Positions 28,249 to 38,900 of a stretch of DNA of 46,825 nucleotides are shown piece after piece. The translations under genes and the position numbers were made by a program. Source of the DNA: Polyangiaceae bacterium. Its GTDB lineage: Bacteria > Myxococcota_A > Polyangia > HGW-17 > JALWFW01. The notes beneath the pieces are model-generated. The model did not search any database. It worked only from the letters and a program-made list of their open reading frames with translations, and had not been told where the DNA came from. The stretch spans positions 1-46,825 of the forward strand of contig JALWFW010000119.1 in NCBI GenBank assembly GCA_027013865.1, in the 5' to 3' direction. How positions within the stretch are numbered: position 1 is the first letter of the stretch; each line of letters starts with the position of its first letter.

Positions 28249-29127
28249 ATGATGTCCGGGGCTGATTGTCTTTCCGGTGTCATGCCCTATCCAATGCACG
28301 GAACGCTTTTTAGTCAGGGACTGTGTACTGCATGTCTGAGCACGGGACCGAACGGTGAGTATGCGGTTTTTCGTGTCTTTGGAGTCGAATCGGATGGTTC
28401 ACAGGATGTTTTGGACCTGAATTCCGAGATTGTTACCGGTTTCCGGCAGGATATGAGGTGTCTGCTCAGGTGTCACCATCCCGCAGTGGCCCGGGTCATG
28501 GATTTCGGGGTTACCAGTGATGGGAGGTTTTTTGTGGTACACCGTCATGCCGGCGGGACGAGCCTGCGGGACATGATCGATGCCGGTTCAGGAATATCCC
28601 GGATCTGGCAGGTCGTCATGCTAGCCCAGAGTGTGGCTGCAGCCCTCGAGACTGCCTTCATGTGTGGGGTGTCCGACAGACAGGTGATTCCGGATGATGT
28701 GATCGTGTCTCCGGATGCCGCCGGAAATATACGGGTGACCCTGAGCGGTATTGGAACAGCTCGACTGCATGAAGAGGTTGCCAGAAAATATGCCGTCAGC
28801 CAGGGGTTCATACCTATACCAGTGGTTACGGCACCATATGTGCCGCCGGAACGCTTTGCTGAGTCAGGGCACCGCCAGGACGTCTACATACTGGCCGTAC
28901 TGGTCTTCGAGATGCTCACAGGAACGGTACCGTTCAGCGGTGACACGTATCTAGAGATAATGATGAATGTCTACGCGGGCAGGCCAGAACGGCTGAGCCT
29001 GCTGGATACTGTATATCCTCCCGGATTGAGTCATCTTCTGTACGTATCCCTCACAGACCCTGAAGGGTGCCCTGCCCGTCCTTCCGCTTTCGTGTATCAC
29101 CTGCAAAGTGTCATTGATCCTTTGTGA
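28249..29127 (+). CDS. Ser/Thr protein kinase-like protein with degenerate catalytic motifs (predicted pseudokinase)
   Basis: The C-lobe is well conserved (APYVPPERF; DVYILAVLVFEMLTGTVPF). The Gly-rich loop is absent, VAIK reads AVFRV, the HRDLKPxN catalytic loop reads SDRQVIPDD, and DFG reads LSG. SD GGGGAGG upstream. Confidence 0.7.
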   Translation: MMSGADCLSGVMPYPMHGTLFSQGLCTACLSTGPNGEYAVFRVFGVESDGSQDVLDLNSEIVTGFRQDMRCLLRCHHPAVARVMDFGVTSDGRFFVVHRHAGGTSLRDMIDAGSGISRIWQVVMLAQSVAAALETAFMCGVSDRQVIPDDVIVSPDAAGNIRVTLSGIGTARLHEEVARKYAVSQGFIPIPVVTAPYVPPERFAESGHRQDVYILAVLVFEMLTGTVPFSGDTYLEIMMNVYAGRPERLSLLDTVYPPGLSHLLYVSLTDPEGCPARPSAFVYHLQSVIDPL

Positions 29128-30496
29128 GACTCTCGCCTTTGAGTCTTTTTTCGAGTTCAGCCGTAAGTTCGGGCTTCTTCTTGAGTTTTTCGACCAAGGT
29201 GGTGCGGTTCATTCCCAAAAGGGATGCGGCTCTGTTGCGGTTACCCCGTGTTTTTAAGAGCGCATCCAAGATGAGTCGGTTCTCGATGGATTCCAGCGTA
29301 GTCTTGAGACTGAGACCACCGGGGGCCAGACGTGGCATTGGGAGGGTGCTGCCGTCAAAATTCCCGGTGCGCATGTGTTCCGGCAGGTCCATGACATCCA
29401 CCAGGCCTTCGCCTTTGAGTACCACCAAACGCTCCACCAGGTTTTCTAGTTCGCGGATATTTCCTGGCCACCTGTAAGTCATCAGCAGCTTTTCAGCCTC
29501 CTGGGTAAGACCTTCTAGCTCCCTTCCCGTGCGGCGGTTGTAGCGTTCCCGGAAGAAGTGGAAGAGCGGTACGATATCAGCCTGACGTTCACGCAGTGAC
29601 GGAAGCCGGATCACGACTACACTCAGTCTGTAGTACAGATCCAGTCTGAAATCACCGTTTTCCATGGACTTCTGTAGATCCCGGTTGGTTGCGGCGACGA
29701 TGCGGACGTCTGCTTTGCGCGGCCGGTAATCACCCACGGGGGTATATTCGAACTCCTGGAGGACCCTCAGAAGTTTCACCTGAAGGTTGGGGGACATCTC
29801 GCCTATCTCATCCAGGAATACCGTACCGCCCTGGGCAGCACCGAAGACCCCAGGTCTGTTGTCCACGGCCCCGGTGAATGCCCCCTTGACGTGACCGAAG
29901 AGTTCACTTTCTAGCAGGTTGTCAGGGATGGCACCGCAGTTAACCGGGATGAACGGTCCACGCCGTCTTGGTGAACGGTCGTGGATGAGTCGGGCAATCA
30001 TTTCCTTGCCAGTGCCGGATTCCCCTGTGATGAGTACGGTCGTATCGGTATCGGCGACGCGGTTTACAGTGTCCAGGACTCTGTGAAAACTGGGATCATC
30101 GCCAATGATGCGCTCTTCGATGGAACTAGTGTCACTCAGAGCAGAGTCAGGAGCATCATCATTCACATTGGGTTTTTCTAGCCTGGCGAAGGCAGCATCG
30201 GATAGGGGCTTTTCAAGACAGTCCACAGCCCCGCTCCTCAGGGCATCACGGACTTCCTTCCAGTCCAGACCCTCGCCCATGTAGAAGACGGCAGTGGACT
30301 GGGACAAGGCAGCCACCAGTCTGATGGCATCGGGAATTCGACGGTCCACCAGTACTGCATCAGGACGGAATTTGATGAATAGTTTCCGTACACTGCGAGA
30401 CTCTATGGCCGTCTCGACTTCATGTCCCCTGGCCTCGAGTTCCCGGACCACGGGTTCTCTGGAATCATAGATGGGATCCACCACCAGGATCTTCAT
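29111..30496 (-). CDS. sigma-54-dependent response regulator (NtrC family) with atypical receiver
   Basis: AAA+ domain: [41 protein letters not shown]. Fis-type HTH: [22 protein letters not shown]. The receiver keeps the acceptor Asp ([10 protein letters not shown]) and the Lys (LEKPL), but the N-terminal acidic pair reads DP (ILVVDPIYD). Confidence 0.9.
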   Translation of the reverse strand: MKILVVDPIYDSREPVVRELEARGHEVETAIESRSVRKLFIKFRPDAVLVDRRIPDAIRLVAALSQSTAVFYMGEGLDWKEVRDALRSGAVDCLEKPLSDAAFARLEKPNVNDDAPDSALSDTSSIEERIIGDDPSFHRVLDTVNRVADTDTTVLITGESGTGKEMIARLIHDRSPRRRGPFIPVNCGAIPDNLLESELFGHVKGAFTGAVDNRPGVFGAAQGGTVFLDEIGEMSPNLQVKLLRVLQEFEYTPVGDYRPRKADVRIVAATNRDLQKSMENGDFRLDLYYRLSVVVIRLPSLRERQADIVPLFHFFRERYNRRTGRELEGLTQEAEKLLMTYRWPGNIRELENLVERLVVLKGEGLVDVMDLPEHMRTGNFDGSTLPMPRLAPGGLSLKTTLESIENRLILDALLKTRGNRNRAASLLGMNRTTLVEKLKKKPELTAELEKRLKGESLTKDQ

Positions 30497-31238
30497 CGCT
30501 GCTGAAATCCTCCGGAATGGAGGTCACCACCGGAATCTCAGCCCCGGTGTTCTCTTCACCGGAACCGACCTTCATGAGGGCCTCCATCAAAGACTGCTTA
30601 GCCTCTTTTACCCCTGAACCATAAATTTCCGCGTATTTTTTCGGATCGAATGGGGGCAGCTGCAGTGTGGAAGGATCTTTCTTGCCGAAGCGTACGGGCT
30701 TACCGCCTTTCTGTTCTGCTATGAAGCGTTCTATCTCCGACAAGAGATCCAGGGCAGCCATGATGATCTCGGTTCTTCCGGAGAACGAGAAGAACTCGTC
30801 TTCACTCACCTGTCCCAGAGCCTCGAAGTAGTCGTAAAGGAAATCTTGCCTGGCCTGCGCCGTGCGCAGAGAGGAATCAATGGCGTCATCCTCCTGACGT
30901 GTGACTATTTCATAGGATATGTGCACAGGCCTTATGGCCAGCGGGCATGATGTGAAGAAAAGTTCCCAGGTGAAAGGATCTGAAAGGTCATGTAAATGCC
31001 ACTGTGCCCCGAATCTTCTTTTCAGTACCTCTCCGTAATAGACACCCGCCATGGATGCAATGAGGGCTGAGACCTCTTCACGTGGCTGGCTGTCCTCACG
31101 AGCAAGGGAGACATAATGATCCACTACGGGAAGCGTCTCGATGGAATAATCCAGACCGTAGTCCACAGTCTCTTTCACTGCGGACACGAGCATCTCACAG
31201 TATTCCCGTACCGGATCGCCATGTCCTTCCGAGAGCAT
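30465..31238 (-). CDS. hypothetical acidic cytoplasmic protein
   Basis: 257-aa ORF with no motif I recognise. It starts 6 nt after the rpmB stop, and its last 32 nt overlap the start of the downstream sigma-54 activator. Confidence 0.6.
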   Translation of the reverse strand: MLSEGHGDPVREYCEMLVSAVKETVDYGLDYSIETLPVVDHYVSLAREDSQPREEVSALIASMAGVYYGEVLKRRFGAQWHLHDLSDPFTWELFFTSCPLAIRPVHISYEIVTRQEDDAIDSSLRTAQARQDFLYDYFEALGQVSEDEFFSFSGRTEIIMAALDLLSEIERFIAEQKGGKPVRFGKKDPSTLQLPPFDPKKYAEIYGSGVKEAKQSLMEALMKVGSGEENTGAEIPVVTSIPEDFSSDEDPGGGSHL

Positions 31239-31244
31239 GCAGTC

Positions 31245-31436
31245 TTACACCAGTTTGGGGCGTTCCACTTTGTGCATGCAGTCAGAGCACACGCGTATGG
31301 TCTTAACGCTACCGTTCACCACGGCACGAACGTTGTGCAGGTTGATCTTCTGTACGCGCTTACTTTTTCTGTTGGAGTGGCTCACATTGTTGGCAACCAC
31401 GGTGCCGCGTCCGCAGATATCGCAAGTACGACCCAT
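31245..31436 (-). CDS. rpmB: 50S ribosomal protein L28 (Zn-ribbon, Cys-containing form)
   Basis: MGRTCDICGRGTVVANNVSHSNRKSKRVQKINLHNVR matches the L28 N-terminal consensus (C..tGk....GnnvSHs..ktkR.f.pNl). CxxC pairs are CDIC and CSDC. ATG 31436 has GGGAGGTG upstream. The track's longer ORF from 31499 is an N-terminal over-extension. Confidence 0.88.
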   Translation of the reverse strand: MGRTCDICGRGTVVANNVSHSNRKSKRVQKINLHNVRAVVNGSVKTIRVCSDCMHKVERPKLV

Positions 31437-31657
31437 CGTCACACCTCCCAAAACGGCAAGATCTCTGTGGCATCCTGCCGTGTTTCCGCAAAAAGCCAAT
31501 TAAATCAGGCAGTTGTGCGGACCATCTGTAAAATATGTACTCAAAACGATACTCGCTTCCGGAATATTCCCGAAACCGAAGCTGAGACTATCTAGATCGT
31601 TTTCGTTCGGATTTCAAGCCCTTTTTGCCGACGGTGGTGCAGTGTACCTTGGATTGG

Positions 31658-32509
31658 TCATTCACTGTTGCCGTCTTCCTTGGGCTTCCAGTATTTGGAA
31701 ATCTTCTCGGCTATCTCCATGAAACGTTTGGCAGCAGGATCATCAGGGTACTTGATCACGATGGGCGTGCCCTCGTCTCCCGTCTCTACCACCTTGTCGG
31801 TTATGGGTACGCGACCAAGGAAAGGAACATCCATCTCGAGGGCGGTCTGCTCGCCACCACCCACCTTGAAGATGTCGATTTCCTCGCCGCAGTGGGGGCA
31901 TATGAAGCCGCTCATATTTTCTATGATACCGAAGAGTGGAATCTCGAGCTGTTTTGCGAAGTTTACACTCTTGCGGGAATCGAGGAGCGCCACTTTCTGG
32001 GGACTAGTGACCACTACGGCCCCGTCGACGTCTGGCATGAGCTGCATGACGGTGAGGGGCTCGTCACCTGTTCCGGGAGGGGTGTCGACGATGAGAATGT
32101 CGCGATCGGACCAGTCACCCTTAGTCATGAAGTCGCGTATGGCTCCTATCTTGAGTGGGCCGCGCCATACCACCGGGGAATCGGGATCCGGCAGGAAGGA
32201 AGATATGGACAGCACGCTCACGTTCTCGTGCATTGGTGACTTGATGGGGAATATCTTGTCCTCGGAGCCGTGAATAGGCATGCCTTCCACTCCGGTCATG
32301 AGTGGAGCGTTGGGCCCGTGAAGGTCCACGTCCATGATGCCTACTTTGAAACCGCGCTGGGCCAAGGCAAAGGCCAGGTTCACGGCCACGGTGGTCTTTC
32401 CTACGCCACCTTTACCGCTCATGACGACTATCTTGTGTGGAATCCGGGACATTGCCTCTTTGGCCTCGGCGTCCTTGTCTCCGGGAAGATTCAGATGAAA
32501 ATCAGGCAT
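31658..32509 (-). CDS. apbC: Mrp/NBP35/ApbC-family Fe-S cluster carrier ATPase
   Basis: Deviant Walker A SGKGGVGKTTVAVNLA, VDTPPGTGDEPLT, and CPHCGEE (CxxC cluster ligands). SD AGGAGGT upstream of the ATG. Confidence 0.92.
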   Translation of the reverse strand: MPDFHLNLPGDKDAEAKEAMSRIPHKIVVMSGKGGVGKTTVAVNLAFALAQRGFKVGIMDVDLHGPNAPLMTGVEGMPIHGSEDKIFPIKSPMHENVSVLSISSFLPDPDSPVVWRGPLKIGAIRDFMTKGDWSDRDILIVDTPPGTGDEPLTVMQLMPDVDGAVVVTSPQKVALLDSRKSVNFAKQLEIPLFGIIENMSGFICPHCGEEIDIFKVGGGEQTALEMDVPFLGRVPITDKVVETGDEGTPIVIKYPDDPAAKRFMEIAEKISKYWKPKEDGNSE

Positions 32510-32911
32510 TTTGGTACCTCCTGTCCGAAAGTCATCCTTAACATGGTCATGCAGTTCGCTGTGTCAAGTAATTATTCCAAACTGATTAAGGTGTGTCTAA
32601 ATTACTGAATTGACGTGCTGCGGATAGCAGCGTATCTGTGGCAATATATACAGCATATTTCAGAGATAGTAGGTGAGAGGAGAAATGGGTTTGAAGTAAA
32701 ACTACCTTATACATTGAGGAAATTTAGTATTCGGTCAATCAGCACACAACCGATGCACATACAGCGATGGATGCAAAAAACTGCCCATTATCAGAGCTGA
32801 ACATGTTGAAAATGATGATCACAATAGGTAACATCACATTTCCGAAATCGGAGCATTTTTGCAGTGTAGTGCCGGATTGTCCCTAAGTCTCATGACTCTA
32901 GGATACCGGCG

Positions 32912-35900
32912 TTGGCTCCAAATGGGGATACAGCCCGCAAGACGACGGGAGCACGAGAGAGAGCGGCCATGCTGAACAGAATCAAGTCAAAGATAGCCGA
33001 ACTGGTCAAGGGAGATTCCGGAAACCTGGAGGAACTTCGTGAACTTGTGAACGAGTATCAGGAGAACGAGGATACAGGTGAGCTCGTAGTCATCCTGGTG
33101 GATGCCCATCACGAGCTCGTGAAGCGCTGGAATCCGGAACAGGCTTACAATCTTCTGTTCATGGCGGCCTCGCTGTCCCCGGATGACATGGACATGAAAC
33201 GTCTAGGGGCGAAACTCCTCGATGATTACCTCTGGAATTATCCCATCGCAAAACAAGTACTGGAGGACCTGGCTTCCAGGGAGCCCGACGGACCGTGGGC
33301 TTCTAGGGTCGAAGAGATGGCCATGGAAGCCGAGAAGGCCGAGGAACTGTACAGCAGGTACCGTGAGACTGCAGAAGGCAGTGACGACGGGGCCATATCC
33401 GCCCGCATGTATCTCAAGGCAGCCGAGGTCGCGGTGAGATATCTGGACGGCGCCGATGAGGCACTCCAGCTGCTGCGCAGGTCGTTCTCCCTCGTGCCTT
33501 CTGCTGATGCAGGCCTTCATCTTTCAGTACTCCTGCGACATGAGGAGCAGACGGAGGAACTGTTGGATGTTCTCGAGAAGGGAGCTTCCATAGTCGATGA
33601 CAGAGAACAGAGCGCATACCTGTATCTCGAATCGGCGGTCATGGCCAAGAACCGAGGAGACCTGGACCGGGCCGAGGAACTAGTCAGGAAATCTCTGGAA
33701 TCCCTACCTTTGCAGCAGGCACGTGAGTTGCTGGCAGACATACTGGCCGAAGGAGAAAAATGGGAGGATCTGATTTCCTTCTATGAAGACGAGATAAAGC
33801 ATACGCGTCATCCAGATCCCGGACTGTATCTCCAGCTTGGCATGTTATGGTGGCGTCAGGTTGGAGATCTGGACACGGCAGAGCAGTACTTCCAGCGTTA
33901 CCGCAAGACGGATCCAGCGTCCCCGGTTTTGCTTCAGTTCTATTACGATTACTATACATCCAAGGATGACCACACCAGACTTGTCGCACTCTTGCAGCAA
34001 GCCTATCGCGCCGTTCAGGACGACGAGCCTCGCGCACTGGAAATCACCCGCATGATTGCGAGAGTGTCCGAGGAGCTCATGGAGCTTCCGGAGCGTGCCA
34101 TCGACCAGTGGAAGAAGTATCTCAAGAAGCACAAAGGGAGCCAGGAGGCCATCAGTGAACTGAAACGTCTGTACGAGGTCACAGGTAAGTGGACTTCCCT
34201 GGTAGAGATATACAAAGAAGAGGCCAACATCGTTCCCGACGAGGAACTGGAGCGCAAGAAGGAACTCATGGAGCGCATGGCTGCCATCTACAGGGAGAAA
34301 CTGGGTGTTCCCCTCATGGCTGCTAACGTATATCAGTCCATTTTGAAGCTGGATCCCACTGATGAGAGAATCATCGACGCTCTGGCAAGGGAATACGAGT
34401 CGCTGGAGCGCTGGACCGACCTGATAAACCTGTATTCGAAATATGCCGAGTCCAGTGATGGGGAGAAGCGCAAGGAGTTGTATCTCAAGATAGCGCGTTT
34501 GTGGTTGGACAGACTCTCCAATCCTAACAAGGCTACTGAGCCTTTAGAGAAGGTCCTCGAGCTGGAGCCAGACAACAGGGAAGTTATGGGCCTTCTCAGG
34601 GATATCTATGAGAAACGTCGTAACTGGCTCGGAATTTACGGTATAGGACTCAGGGAACTGCAGCTCATCCCCGAGGAAGAGCGCCTGGAACCCACTGTGG
34701 AGCTGGCCCGTCTCGCTCAGACCCGTCTTGGTAAGGTGGACATCGCTATAGACACATGGAACCGCGTTTTGGAGCTCGATCCATATCACCAGGAGGCTCT
34801 GGAGGGCCTTGCCCAGTTGTACGAAAGAGCCAAGAGATATGCAGCAGTGGTAGAAGTTCTTCTCAGGCTTATAGAGAAAAATCCTAATGATATTCAGCAC
34901 TTGGAAAAGGCGGCCGTGCTGTTTACGGACAGGGTGGGAGCGTCTGGACCCAAGGCCATAGAGCTGTGGGAGAAGGTACTCGATGCCAAGCCCAGGCATC
35001 CCAAGGCCATAAAGATACTGAAGACTCTTTATGTAGAGCAGAAAGATTGGGATTCACTGTACAAACTTTTCGAGGAGCAGAACAACTGGTTAGCCTACAT
35101 AGACACGCTTCTGGCTGCAGCAGACAAGACCTCCGAGGTCTCCGACAAAGTGGAGCTGCTATTTAAGGTGGCCGATGCCTGGAAGGAGAAGGTGGGTAAG
35201 CCAGAGCGCGCCATAAAGGCTTACGAGAAGATACTTGAAGTCGACGGATCCAATATCAAGGCCGCACAGGAACTGCTTCCCATTTACGAGGCTGCACAGA
35301 AGTGGGCCGACCTGCTCAGGGTTCGCGCGATTCTCTTTAGACTCTATGAAGATGAGGATGAACGTCTTCTTGAGCTGGAGGAGATGATCGACATAGCCGA
35401 GTCTCATCTGCGCGAGGCTCACGAGGCCTTCAGATGGGCATCTGAGGCATACAGGATCAGACCCTTCGACAACGACAATGCCGAAAGAGTGGAGCGTCTG
35501 GCAGAGGCCTGCGGTGCATGGGACGAGCTGGATACGGTTTATGAAGACGTATCGGCCAGGCTACAGGGAGAGGAGCGCAACAGGGTACTGCTCAAACTCG
35601 CACGTCTCAGGATGGAGAAACTCGGATCCCTGGATGATGCCGAGCGTGTATTGAGTTCCATACTCGAAACGGATTCGGGTAACTTGGATGCACTAGATCT
35701 GCTCGCCTCCATATATGAACAGAAGGAGGATTGGGAGAAGCTCCTGGACATCTTGGGCCAAGGTGCTCGGATGGCCTCAGGTGAACGTCATCTCGACTAT
35801 CTCACCAGGCAGGCGGATGTTTACGAGAACAAACTAGGAGACGATGAAAAGGCCCTTGCGATACATACGGAAATACTAGAGGGTAATCCGACTCATCTAC

Positions 35901-38900
35901 CTTCCTTAGAAGCCGTACACAGACTTTATGAGAGAACCGGCAGGTGGGAACTCCTGGAGGATATCTACCTACGTGAGATAGAACTCGTTGATGATCCAGA
36001 ACGTCTTGTCAGTCTGCAGTACGGGCTTGGAGCGCTGTATGTCAGACTCGAGCGTTTGGAAGAGGCAGTAGAGCGCTTCTCAGTGGTGCTGGACAGCGAA
36101 CCCTCCCACGAGGCCACGGTGACAATGCTGCGTGAACTTCTGGGAAGGGAGGATGTCGATTCTGCCCTCAAGATGGAGATGAGTCGGCTTCTGGCTCCAT
36201 ACTACAAAGCACAAGAAGAATGGGATGAATACGCGCAAGTGCTTGAAATCATGGCTAAATCTTCGGAAAGCGAGGATGAGCGCGTAGGATACTACAGAGA
36301 ACTACTCGACGTTCTCAAGGCTCGGGATACGCAGTACGCCTTCAGGGTGGCTCTGGAACTCGTAAAATTGCGCCCCTATGACGAGGAGGTCAGGAATACG
36401 GCCAGATCGCTGGCCATCATCGAAGAGAGCCTACCACACCTCATAGAAATTTATCTTGAGGTGTGGGAACGCGATGAGGAACTGAAGAAAGTCATGGCCT
36501 GGGAACTGGCCCGCATTCATATGGACGAGATGGACAGTCAGGAGCAGGCAGAGGAATATCTCCTGACCGTACTCAGAATCGATCCGCTCCATGATGAGGC
36601 GTTCAGTGAACTGGAGTCTATGTATGCTTCATCGGAAAAGTGGGAGAAGCTCCGTGATCTGTACAGTACACGGCTGGATGCACTTTCTGATGAACAGGCC
36701 CGCCGGGAGCTTCTGCAGAAACTTGGAGAACTGTGCGAGGACAAACTAACGGATATCGACGGAGCCATCGATGCCTACAGCGCTCTGAGAGATCTGGATC
36801 CTTCTTCCAATGTAGCATTTGCGGCACTTCAGGCTCTGTACGACCTGGCAGAGCGCTGGGAAGACATGGTGGAGCTCCTCCTGGATCGCATAGATTACGT
36901 GGAGGAGGATGAAGTCAAGGCCGGTATCCTCAACATGGCGGCTTCAGTTCAGTTCGAAAAGCTCGGACATCCGGAAGATGCCCTGGCGACGCTGGAGAGT
37001 CTCATAAGTTTCGATCCTCTCAACAGCGAGGCCAAGGAGATGCTGCGGCGTCTCATGGAGAATCCGGAGACGCGCCACAGTGCTGCCCAACTTCTGGCGA
37101 AGATATACGATCTTGAGGACGATTTCGAATCCCTTGTCAGTGTTTTGGAAGTCCAGATAGAAGGGGCTGAATCCGATGAAGCCGTATCCATGCTCAGACG
37201 TGAAGCCGAGATATATACACGTGAGCTTGGTGAGGTCGAGAAAGCCTTCGACTGTCTGCGCCGTGCAGTGTTGCTCTCCCCTGATTCGGAGGACGTAGTT
37301 CGTGAATTCAGCAACTATGCCGCGCAGCTGGACAAGTTTACCGAGCTGGTGGAAGTGTACGAGAAGGTAGTGGATGGTACGCTCGAAGATGACGAACGTA
37401 CGGCCATCACCTTCATGATGCGTATAGCCGGAGTGTATCAGCAGGAGCTGGCTGCACCACGGAAGGCAGTGGAGTGGTACAAGAAGGTACTGCCGAAGGT
37501 CGAAGACGACATAGAACTCAAATCCAGGGTAGTGGAGGAACTCATAGCTCTGGGGCAGGAACTCGAGGAGTGGTTCGATGTCATGGATATGCTGCGCCTA
37601 CGTCTGGAGTGGGTCACTGACCCCGATGAGCGGCGCCAGATTTTCATGAACATAGCACAGATACAGGAAGAGCTTCTGGAAGCACCTGAGGAAGCCCTGG
37701 TAACCTTCGAGGAAGCGGCAGAGGAATTCCCGGAGGATGTGCTTATCTTGGATCGTTTGGCTGATCTTTACGGCCGTCTGGAGAAATGGGACAAATTGGT
37801 GGAGGTTCTGGAGCGTAAGGCAGAGCTTTCTCAGGAGCCTGAACAGCGTCGTGAGCTCTATGCGCGTATGGCCCTCATCCGGGAAGAGTCACGCAATGAC
37901 ATAGAAGGGGCCGTCGAGGCGTGGAACCGTGTCCTCGATGAGAATCCAGATGATATGGAAGCTCTGCGCCGACTGGCACGGCTCGAGGAAAAACTGGGTG
38001 AGTGGGAGCAGGTTCTTGAATATCTCGACAGGCAACTGACCTTGGAGGAGGACGGCGATAGAAAGATAGAGCTCCGCTACAAGATGGGCGAGATACTGCA
38101 CCGTCAGATGGAGGAGCTGGACCGCGCGATACTAGAGTATGAACGGGTCATTCAGGAAGATCCTGCCCACGGATCCACCATTGCCGCTCTCGAAGAGATA
38201 ATGAACAGCGAGGACGAGGGATATGCCCTTCAGTCGGCCGAAATCCTGGAGAAGATATATCTGGCCTCGGAAGACTGGGCTGCCATGTGTAGGGTGTACG
38301 ACCTGCGCGCAACCTATGCCATGGATCCTGAAGAAAAAGTGGAGCTGTTGCGCAGGGTTGCGACGATATATGCTGAGCAACTAGATGATACCGACAGGGC
38401 ATTCGAGTATTACGGCAAGGCATTCACGGAAGCTTTGTCAAGTCCTCTCCTGAAAGAAATTTTTGAAGAATATCAAAGACTTGCATCAATACTTAACAGG
38501 TGGGGCGACTTCGTGGACACCTGTAGACGAGGTGTAGAGGATATAAGTGATCCGGAAATCCAGGAAACAGTCCTCCTGTCCATAGGTGACGTGGCAAGGG
38601 ATATACTCGAGGATATGGCCCTTGCGGAAGAGTACTACAGGAAGGCTCTGGACAATGAGCCCAACAATCTTCATGCCCTGGACGCCCTGGAGCGGGTGTA
38701 TGAAGAAACAGAAAAATGGCAGGAACTCAAAGAAATTTATCAGCAGAGGGCGGAGATTGCCTACAGCGATCCTGACCTGCGCCGTGAGAAACTCATGGGA
38801 GCAGCCCGTCTTGTCCGGGAAAAACTGGATGCAAAGGACGAGGCTGTCCAGATTTACGAGGAGATTCTCGAGTTCAGACCAGAGGATGTGGAAGTATTCA

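Noticed and set aside
32638-32654. Sigma-54-like element TGGCA-atatatac-AGCA upstream of the giant TPR gene
   Set aside because: The GG-to-GC spacing is one nt longer than the canonical TGGCAC-N5-TTGC arrangement, and the -12 box lacks TTGC. No other convincing -24/-12 element was found upstream of any gene start, despite two EBPs in the window. A proper position-weight-matrix scan is needed.
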